From: Myxococcales bacterium
GTDB lineage: Bacteria; Myxococcota_A; Polyangia; Polyangiales; Polyangiaceae
Length of the DNA: 54,539 bases
Assembly (NCBI GenBank): GCA_043747615.1
Contig: JAYTOU010000020.1
Location: 1 to 54,539 of the forward strand
Reading direction: 5' to 3'
The notes beneath the pieces are model-generated. The model worked only from the letters and a program-made list of their open reading frames with translations, searched no databases and had not been told where the DNA came from. A program made the position numbers and the translations under genes. Below, piece by piece: positions 48,205-54,539 of this stretch. How positions within the stretch are numbered: the stretch's first letter is position 1; each line of letters starts with the position of its first letter.

Positions 48205-50028
48205 GCGATCCGTCAGCAAGCGAAGCGTGAGGCACGTGCCGCGGCCGACGTCGCTCTCGATCGTCATCTCGCCACCCTGCGCCGTGACGAGCATGCGGCA
48301 GATCGACAGGCCGAGGCCGGTTCCGCGCTCGCCCTTCGTGGTGAAGAACGGTTCGAAGACATGCGGCAAGTGCTCGGGCGTGATCCCCGTCCCGGTGTCC
48401 TTCACCTCGACGGCCACGCGTCCATCGGCTTCGAGCCGGGTCGTCACCGTGATCGTCGCCTCGTCCGCGCGGCCATCGGGGATCGCGTGCGCGGCGTTCA
48501 CCAGGACGTTCAAGAGCACCTGCGCCAGACGCGCTTCGTTCGCCTTCACCGCTGGCACGTCGCCGAACGCGCGGACCAGGCGCGCACGATGGCGGATCTC
48601 CATGTCGGTCATTCGGGCGCAGGTGTCGATGACCCGATGAACGTCGACCGGCCCCAGCTCGTCCACATTGCGGGTCGCGAAGATCTTGAGATCACGAACG
48701 ATGCTCCGGATGCGATTGGCTCCTTCCAGCGCTTCGTCCAGCAGCGTCGGGACGCTGGCGAGGTCATGACTTTTGCGCACACGATCGATGGCGATGCTCA
48801 GGTTTCCCATCACGTACGCGAGAGGATTGTTGATCTCGTGACCGACGCCGGCCGCGAGCCGTCCGAGGGCGGCGAGGCGTTCGGTCGCCATCAGCTCCAT
48901 CTCGAGGAGCCGCTGCGCCGTGCGATCACGCGTGAAGCAGATGACCGCGGGCTCTCCCTCGAACATCGTCAGTCCGCTGGTGACGGCGACATCCACCAAG
49001 GTGCCGTCGCGCTTCACCATCGCGAGCTCGAGCGGCGGAAGACCGCCCGCGGATTCCTGACGAATCAGCAGACGCTCCGCGACCAGGTGCCGGTGCTTGG
49101 GGTCGGACCACGAATGAACGTCGACGCCGGCGAGCTCAGATGGACCAGCGTACCCGAGCAGCGCGGCGAAGGTCTTGCTGGCCCAAACGCAGCTCGCGTT
49201 CCTGCAGATGAACACACCGTCGGGAGTCTTCTCAAGGATCTCGCGAAAGTCGTCCTCGGCGCGCCGGCGCTCGGTGATGTCGCTGAAGGTGGTGACGACG
49301 CTAATTACTTTCTCTCCGTTCGCGTCGCGCACGAGGTGCGAATTGGCAGAGATCCACACCACCGATTGGCCTGGTTTCCGCACGCCGAGGACGTGCCCGC
49401 GAACGGCGTCACCAAGAACGAGGGCTTTCATCCCTGGCAGGTCCTCGCGCCCACCGGCGGTGCCGTCCGCGCGCACGAGCTCCCAGTCGTCGTCGCGCCA
49501 GAGACGATTGCGCACGCCGTCGTCCGTGATTCCGAGGATCTCACCCGCGCGCGGGTTCATGGCGGTGACCGCGCCGTCTGCGTCCTGGACGACGAGGCCC
49601 TCATCGAGAGCGGCGAAGACCGTGCGGTAGCGTTCTTCTCTGTCGCGCATGTCGGTGACGGTCTGGCTCCGCTTTCGCACCGCTTGCTTGATGAATCTCA
49701 CGCGCGATGCGAGGTCGGAAAAGGCGCCTCCGAGCTGCACACTCACGCCGACGGCGATCAGCTCGTCTGCTTCCTCGCACGCCATCGATTCTTTGGCGAT
49801 GACGGCAATGAGCGGGAACGCCGTCGCTCCGCCGCCGAACGGAGCGCATACGTCGCGGATGGCATCGACGCCGATGGCCCGCTCCACGAAGACAAGCATG
49901 AACTCCGTGGGCGACAGGAGCGCCGCTCCCAAGGAGCCGATGCGGACGTCGAGGTCGAAGCCCTCGCCGCGGAGGATCGCTGCGAGGGGGCCGGCGCTTT
50001 CGTCGGTCGCTACGAGGAGGCTGCGCAT
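48199..50028 (-). CDS. Sensor histidine kinase with two PAS domains and a degenerate receiver-like N-terminus
   Basis: GHEINNPL, LNVLVNA, DTGTG, FEPFFTTK, GTGLGL; SDITERR. Confidence 0.9.
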   Translation of the reverse strand: MRSLLVATDESAGPLAAILRGEGFDLDVRIGSLGAALLSPTEFMLVFVERAIGVDAIRDVCAPFGGGATAFPLIAVIAKESMACEEADELIAVGVSVQLGGAFSDLASRVRFIKQAVRKRSQTVTDMRDREERYRTVFAALDEGLVVQDADGAVTAMNPRAGEILGITDDGVRNRLWRDDDWELVRADGTAGGREDLPGMKALVLGDAVRGHVLGVRKPGQSVVWISANSHLVRDANGEKVISVVTTFSDITERRRAEDDFREILEKTPDGVFICRNASCVWASKTFAALLGYAGPSELAGVDVHSWSDPKHRHLVAERLLIRQESAGGLPPLELAMVKRDGTLVDVAVTSGLTMFEGEPAVICFTRDRTAQRLLEMELMATERLAALGRLAAGVGHEINNPLAYVMGNLSIAIDRVRKSHDLASVPTLLDEALEGANRIRSIVRDLKIFATRNVDELGPVDVHRVIDTCARMTDMEIRHRARLVRAFGDVPAVKANEARLAQVLLNVLVNAAHAIPDGRADEATITVTTRLEADGRVAVEVKDTGTGITPEHLPHVFEPFFTTKGERGTGLGLSICRMLVTAQGGEMTIESDVGRGTCLTLRLLTDRP

Positions 50029-50056
50029 CCGGCGGCGAGTGTAACCCCATCGTAAT

Positions 50057-50839
50057 TCATTTCGTGTGGATCGGCGCGCCGGCGTCCAGCATTTCGGGAG
50101 GTAGCGCGGGGAGCTCGGCGAGGTTCGGCAGGAGTACGATCTCGATCCGCCGGTTCTCTTGCCGCCCGGCTTCGCTGGAGTTCTCGCGCGCCGGCTCGTA
50201 CTGGCTGTAACCTGTGGCGGAGAGCTTGCTCGGATTCATCCCCGCGGAGATGAGTTGTCCGGTGACGGTGACCGCGCGTGCTGCCGAGAGCTCGAGGTTG
50301 TTTTTGAAGGTCGAGGGGCCGAGTGGAACGTTGTCGGTATGCCCCGCTACCTCGAACCTCCGATCACGAAATTGCTTCAATCCGGCGGCAACGTCGGCGA
50401 GCGCGGCTTTCCCTTCCTTCGAAAGATCGGCGCTCCCCGAGGCAAACAAGATCCCCGCAGGTAGCTTCACGACCATCCGTCCGTGGCGCACGATGACCTC
50501 GAGTTTGCCGCTGTCGATCATCTTTCGAAATTTTTCGGTGAGCGCCCTGAAGGCCTCCACGCGCTTGTCGACGTCCTGTCGTTCCTTGCGGAGGTCGTCG
50601 AGCTCGGTCCGCGACGCGTTCAAATTTGCGGTAGCGAGCTTCTCGACGTCTTCGCGGGCTCCCTTCTCGAGCTCGCGGGCCTTGGCGCAGTCCCCGAGCT
50701 TGGTGTCGGTGTCCGCGATCGCCGCGTGATTCGCATCGACGGATCGGGCGTAGCTCGCACGGAGCTGCCACGCGTAGTAACCCACTCCGCCGAGCGCGAC
50801 GACGAGAAGCAGGGGAACGACTCGGCTAGGGGAATTCAT
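50057..50839 (-). CDS. OmpA/MotB-family peptidoglycan-binding protein
   Basis: N-terminal TM helix, coiled coil, LFASGSA, GHTD, LSAARA, NRRIEI. Confidence 0.88.
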   Translation of the reverse strand: MNSPSRVVPLLLVVALGGVGYYAWQLRASYARSVDANHAAIADTDTKLGDCAKARELEKGAREDVEKLATANLNASRTELDDLRKERQDVDKRVEAFRALTEKFRKMIDSGKLEVIVRHGRMVVKLPAGILFASGSADLSKEGKAALADVAAGLKQFRDRRFEVAGHTDNVPLGPSTFKNNLELSAARAVTVTGQLISAGMNPSKLSATGYSQYEPARENSSEAGRQENRRIEIVLLPNLAELPALPPEMLDAGAPIHTK

Positions 50840-50882
50840 GAGACCGACCTCGCATGGGTGTAGAGTCGCACAGGGAGAAACG

Positions 50883-51140
50883 ATGAGCCTAGCCGAGCAG
50901 TTCGAAGATGCGCAGCGACGGGTCAAGGCCCTCGCGAAAGCCCCGGGGAACGATACGTTGCTCGAGCTATATGCACTCTACAAGCAAGGTACCGCCGGCG
51001 ACGCGACCGGATCGCGCCCGGGCATGATGGATTTCAAAGGCCGCGCAAAATTCGACGCGTGGGCGGGACGCAAGGGCATGACGAAGGACAATGCGATGGA
51101 AGGCTACGTCGCGTTGGTTAATCGCCTCACGTCTGCCTGA
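50883..51140 (+). CDS. Acyl-CoA-binding protein (ACBP)
   Basis: LLELYALYKQGTAGD...AKFDAW...AMEGY; GGAG RBS. Confidence 0.93.
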   Translation: MSLAEQFEDAQRRVKALAKAPGNDTLLELYALYKQGTAGDATGSRPGMMDFKGRAKFDAWAGRKGMTKDNAMEGYVALVNRLTSA

Positions 51141-51178
51141 GGCTCGCATCTGCCGCGCGCGGCTGGAGGCGCGTCGGG

Positions 51179-51958
51179 TCAGCGATTCCTACTCAGGAGC
51201 ATCGACGTGATGAGGCCGCCGACCACGAGCAAGAGAAACACGAAGGCTTGCCAGGCCACCCTGCGCCGGCGCGCTGATCCGTCGAGACCGTCGGGAATGT
51301 CGAACCCGAGCGGCTCGTGCGGCGAAGGAATGGGGATCGAGGTGCTCGGCACCCTCGGCGCGACGACGATCGGTGCGGCCACGGGCGCTGCGGCCACGGG
51401 CGCTGCGAGCGAACGAGCCACGGACAGCGCTTGAGCGCGAGGAGCCTCGACGGCCCGCGGCGCTTCGACCTCGGCCCAGGGAGCGGGGGCCTGCGGCACG
51501 GCGCTCCATCGAACTTCGACCGCCGGGGCTTCACTCAGTTGGCGGCGCACGGGCTCGCGTGCTTTGTCTCTTGCGCGCTGCACGGCGATGGCTTCGTCGA
51601 CGGCGACCTTCACTAGCGCGCGGATCTCCTCGCTGCGATCGGGCTCCGGCGCACGGGCGGGCGGCACAGGCGACGGGCGTGCAGTCGGCGCGGCGGCGGG
51701 CGCTCGGACCACGTGTGCATCCTCCCGCTGGGATGCTTCTTGGAGGCGCTCCAACTCGGCGACACGCTTTTCGAGACGAGCCACCCGCTCGTCAGGCTCG
51801 GTCGACGCGATCGACGCGAACGGCAACGGCGCAGCCCGCACGGGCGCGCGCGGAGCGGCCGGCCTTACGGGGGGCGCAGCGGGTGTGACGGGGCGCGTGG
51901 GCGGACCCAATTTTTCAGCCACGGGCCCAGGGTGCACCAGTCGGCGCGCGAATGCCAT
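51179..51958 (-). CDS. Pro/Ala-rich hypothetical protein with coiled coil and C-terminal TM anchor
   Basis: RVARLEKRVAELERLQ; C-terminal hydrophobic helix. Confidence 0.55.
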   Translation of the reverse strand: MAFARRLVHPGPVAEKLGPPTRPVTPAAPPVRPAAPRAPVRAAPLPFASIASTEPDERVARLEKRVAELERLQEASQREDAHVVRAPAAAPTARPSPVPPARAPEPDRSEEIRALVKVAVDEAIAVQRARDKAREPVRRQLSEAPAVEVRWSAVPQAPAPWAEVEAPRAVEAPRAQALSVARSLAAPVAAAPVAAPIVVAPRVPSTSIPIPSPHEPLGFDIPDGLDGSARRRRVAWQAFVFLLLVVGGLITSMLLSRNR

Positions 51959-52017
51959 ACATCCGACGACGCAAGCGAAATCCCGTGCATACCTGAGAGC
52001 TCCGGGGGGGGCGGAGC

Positions 52018-52629
52018 TTAGGCATGCGGCTCGGTGGCCTGCATCGACGGGCGCATGCGAAACGCTTCGTACCACCTAGTCAGCTTCGGATGCTCGGCGC
52101 GAACGTCGCCGAGGGCGTTTCGAAACTCGAGCCAGCCGATGGTGATGCCCGCGCAGATTTGTCCGAGGTCGACCTCGGCCCCGAAGCTCTCGCATTCGCG
52201 CTCGAGCGCGTCGAGCCCCTGACGCGCCTTCTGGCTCTGACCGTCGATCCAGTCAGCCCAGTGCAGCTCCTTCGGCCGCATCGCGCGCTCGTAAAAAGTT
52301 TGAATCGCGGAGTCGAGAATTCCATCACAAGTGGCTTGCAGTCGCAGAGTGCGCCAGCGTGCGTTGCCGGCAGCGGAGACGAGCTTGGGGCCATCGTGAA
52401 GGGAATCGATGTACTCACAAATCACGCGCGAGTCGTAGAGCGGCGTGCCGTCATCGAGGAGAAGCGTCGGGATCTTGTTGAGTGGATTCTCCTTTGACAG
52501 GAGCGGGTCCGCCTTCGTTGGAGTAGGGCGCAGGAACTCCGGCTGGATGCGATCGGCGACGCCAACCTCGTGCGCGGCGACGAGAACCTTACGGACGAAC
52601 GGCGAGCTTGCGGTCCAATAGAGCTTCAT
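52018..52629 (-). CDS. Glutathione S-transferase family protein
   Basis: SSPFVRKV, NPLNKIPTL, DSRVICEY. Confidence 0.92.
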   Translation of the reverse strand: MKLYWTASSPFVRKVLVAAHEVGVADRIQPEFLRPTPTKADPLLSKENPLNKIPTLLLDDGTPLYDSRVICEYIDSLHDGPKLVSAAGNARWRTLRLQATCDGILDSAIQTFYERAMRPKELHWADWIDGQSQKARQGLDALERECESFGAEVDLGQICAGITIGWLEFRNALGDVRAEHPKLTRWYEAFRMRPSMQATEPHA

Positions 52630-52678
52630 TGGACCGCACGTCCGCGCGGCGTCTGAGCGCGATGAAGCATGTCACGCT

Positions 52679-54538
52679 CTACTTCACCGGCGGAGGAGGC
52701 GGAGGAGGCGGAGGAGGCGGAGGAGGCGGGGGCGGAGGGGCCGGAGGCGGCGCGCTCGTGACGATCTTCTCCGTCCACTGACCAATGTGATTCGAAGTCT
52801 GAAGGTCCTGGAAGGGGAGGAAAAAGCCGGGATAGCTGCCGTCCAGCCCTGCCATCACCTTCACCGGATCGATGGCGAACATCCAAAGGAGCTGCTGGTT
52901 AGCTCCGGTCTTCGCGCGCTCACCGGGCTCCCGACGCGACGCGACGGTGAACCAGAACAGCTTGCCGCTCCCTTGCTTGCTCTGGAACGGCGTCGCGCGC
53001 GGGAACGTGTCGCGGAAGTTCGTCGGCGCACCATCGGTCACGCCTGCGAGCGCCGCGTTCGCGAGATGAATGGGGATCGCCGCTGCCGCCGGCTTCACGG
53101 CCCACGTCGTTGCCGCAGTCGCACCGACCACGTCGGTGTTGCAGTTGTCGCTCGGGCACGTGGCCTCGGTGAAGAGCATGAAGGACGAGTCGGGCACGAA
53201 GTTCGGGTTGAACCGATTCTTTCCGCTGACGAACGGGACGACGGTGGTCGCCGTGGTGGACGCGGTCGTGAACGTCGATCCGCTCGTGCTGGTAAGGACG
53301 TCGATACCGCCTTTGAAGGCCTGCTGCGACGTGTTGTGGCCGTTCACGTGGGTGACGGCGATCATCTTCCCGTCGGGAGACCAGTCCGGATGATCCGGCT
53401 CGAACGCAAGAAGGACGCTACCGATGCGGTCGCCCGTCGTGCCGTCGTGCATCCAGAGCTTGTTGCGGTCGGGAGTGGTCGTCTCCCCGTACACCGCCGC
53501 AAACGCAGTGCCGAGAGGGTTGAACGTGGCGAACTGAATCTCGTTGCCGCTGGTCCCAAGGCCCGATGCGCCCACCTTGGTCAGGTACGCCGGGTCGGTA
53601 CGCGCAGGAAGCGGCGGCGTCGGCGCCTTCGACAGATCCGCTTGGTAAACGAGGAGGCCGTTGTTCTGTCCGCCGATCGACGCAACGATCTTCGTTCCAT
53701 CGCGGGAGATGGCGTGGCACCCGACGCAGTTGCCGTTGCTGGCAGTGGGGAGCCCGTAGTCATTGCCGGCGATGAACACCTCCGGTGCCGCCTGAGCGCC
53801 CCCGAAGTCGTAGCGCATGATCTGCGTGTCGGTGACGTCCCAGTAGTAGATGCCACCTTCCACATTCGACTCGCCGAACTGCACGTTGAAAACGGCCGAT
53901 TCGCCGAACGCGGAGCCGGCGTCATCGGTGCCCCGAATCTTGATGGCCACGTTGCCCGCGCCGCGGTTCGACTCGGCGAGGTACGCGTAGCCCAGGGAGT
54001 CGAGCTCGAAGCCGCATGCGCCTGCCTTGAGGCTGCCACTCGACACCGTGTTGCAGCGTGAAAAATAGGTGATAGCCGCGAGCGAGCTCTTGAACGAAAT
54101 TTCGTAGAGCGTGTTCGACGCGGAGCCGGGCTTCCAGTGGACTTCGAGCCGCTTCAAGTTCGGCGGGAGGAAGGCGTTGTTGTTCGGGTAGCTGAGAACG
54201 GGAGCGCGGGTCGGATCCGTTGTGCCGGAGAAGAGGCTGCCGGGGTTCGCGGGGATCGCTGAGCCGCCCGGAAAGTTGAGAGTCGCGGCGAGCGAAACCG
54301 TTAGCGAGGTCGTCGCGGTGCTCGTCGTGCCGTCGGAGTTCGCGGCCTGCGCTTGCACCGTCAAGCGACCGCCGCGCTGCGGAGGATCGGTCACGACTGC
54401 AGGGAGGCGCGTCGAGAAGAGCGGCGCGCCCGTCGTCGGAAAGCCACCGACGAGATAGTTGTCCGGCACGTAAAAGACGCTGCGCGCGGTGATGTCGACC
54501 TCGGGCCCACCGCTCTTCATCGTGCCGAAGACTTTGTA
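52679..54538 (-). CDS. TolB/PD40-like beta-propeller protein with CxxCH and poly-Pro tail (5' end outside the window)
   Basis: ISRDG, PDWSPDG, PNFVPDS repeats; CVGCH; frame open to the window edge. Confidence 0.75.
   Translation of the reverse strand, partial: YKVFGTMKSGGPEVDITARSVFYVPDNYLVGGFPTTGAPLFSTRLPAVVTDPPQRGGRLTVQAQAANSDGTTSTATTSLTVSLAATLNFPGGSAIPANPGSLFSGTTDPTRAPVLSYPNNNAFLPPNLKRLEVHWKPGSASNTLYEISFKSSLAAITYFSRCNTVSSGSLKAGACGFELDSLGYAYLAESNRGAGNVAIKIRGTDDAGSAFGESAVFNVQFGESNVEGGIYYWDVTDTQIMRYDFGGAQAAPEVFIAGNDYGLPTASNGNCVGCHAISRDGTKIVASIGGQNNGLLVYQADLSKAPTPPLPARTDPAYLTKVGASGLGTSGNEIQFATFNPLGTAFAAVYGETTTPDRNKLWMHDGTTGDRIGSVLLAFEPDHPDWSPDGKMIAVTHVNGHNTSQQAFKGGIDVLTSTSGSTFTTASTTATTVVPFVSGKNRFNPNFVPDSSFMLFTEATCPSDNCNTDVVGATAATTWAVKPAAAAIPIHLANAALAGVTDGAPTNFRDTFPRATPFQSKQGSGKLFWFTVASRREPGERAKTGANQQLLWMFAIDPVKVMAGLDGSYPGFFLPFQDLQTSNHIGQWTEKIVTSAPPPAPPPPPPPPPPPPPPPPPVK
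52689..52724 (+). repeat. (GGCGGAGGA)x4 repeat encoding poly-proline on the minus strand
   Basis: Four exact 9-bp units within a run of 17 Pro codons. Confidence 0.9.
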
Positions 54539-54539
54539 G

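Noticed and set aside
48181..50055. Long antisense or alternate-frame ORFs (also e.g. 9806-11353, 16799-18010, 45861-47348)
   Set aside because: These are shadow frames of well-supported genes in high-GC DNA with no recognisable motifs.
50057..50839. Flagellar stator MotB
   Set aside because: No motA partner is present and no stator-type Asp is evident in the TM helix, so it was kept as a generic OmpA/MotB-domain protein.

Overview
A high-GC bacterial window whose gene content points to a myxobacterium of the Polyangiaceae/Labilithrix type (inference). The clues are three Hanks-type Ser/Thr kinases, TPR/PEGA proteins and many Cys-rich lipoproteins with 'DAG' linkers. Housekeeping genes include mnmA, an RlmD-type methyltransferase, tilS, ftsH, gap-pgk-tpiA-secG and tesB. 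The standout is a minus-strand lasso-peptide-type RiPP cluster at about 23.7-29.9 kb: precursor, asparagine-synthetase-like cyclase, HPr-like kinase, PqqD/RRE, B2 leader peptidase, a Cys-rich lipoprotein and an ABC exporter. The precursor is atypical. A canonical leader (YxxPxMxxxGxxxxxT) and a Lys-starting core (KTGKTSDLPTKKTL-S) are fused in frame to a peptidase S74-like self-cleaving chaperone domain, suggesting a lasso precursor that generates its own C-terminus. Other notable items are a 26-bp tandem repeat forming a relay of ATGA-coupled mini-ORFs, an orphan T3SS inner-rod-like gene behind a sigma-28 gene, a stand-alone PglZ-like domain and many apparently leaderless genes. No rRNA, tRNA, CRISPR array or mobile element was recognised. 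All calls come from motif reading only; no searches were run.
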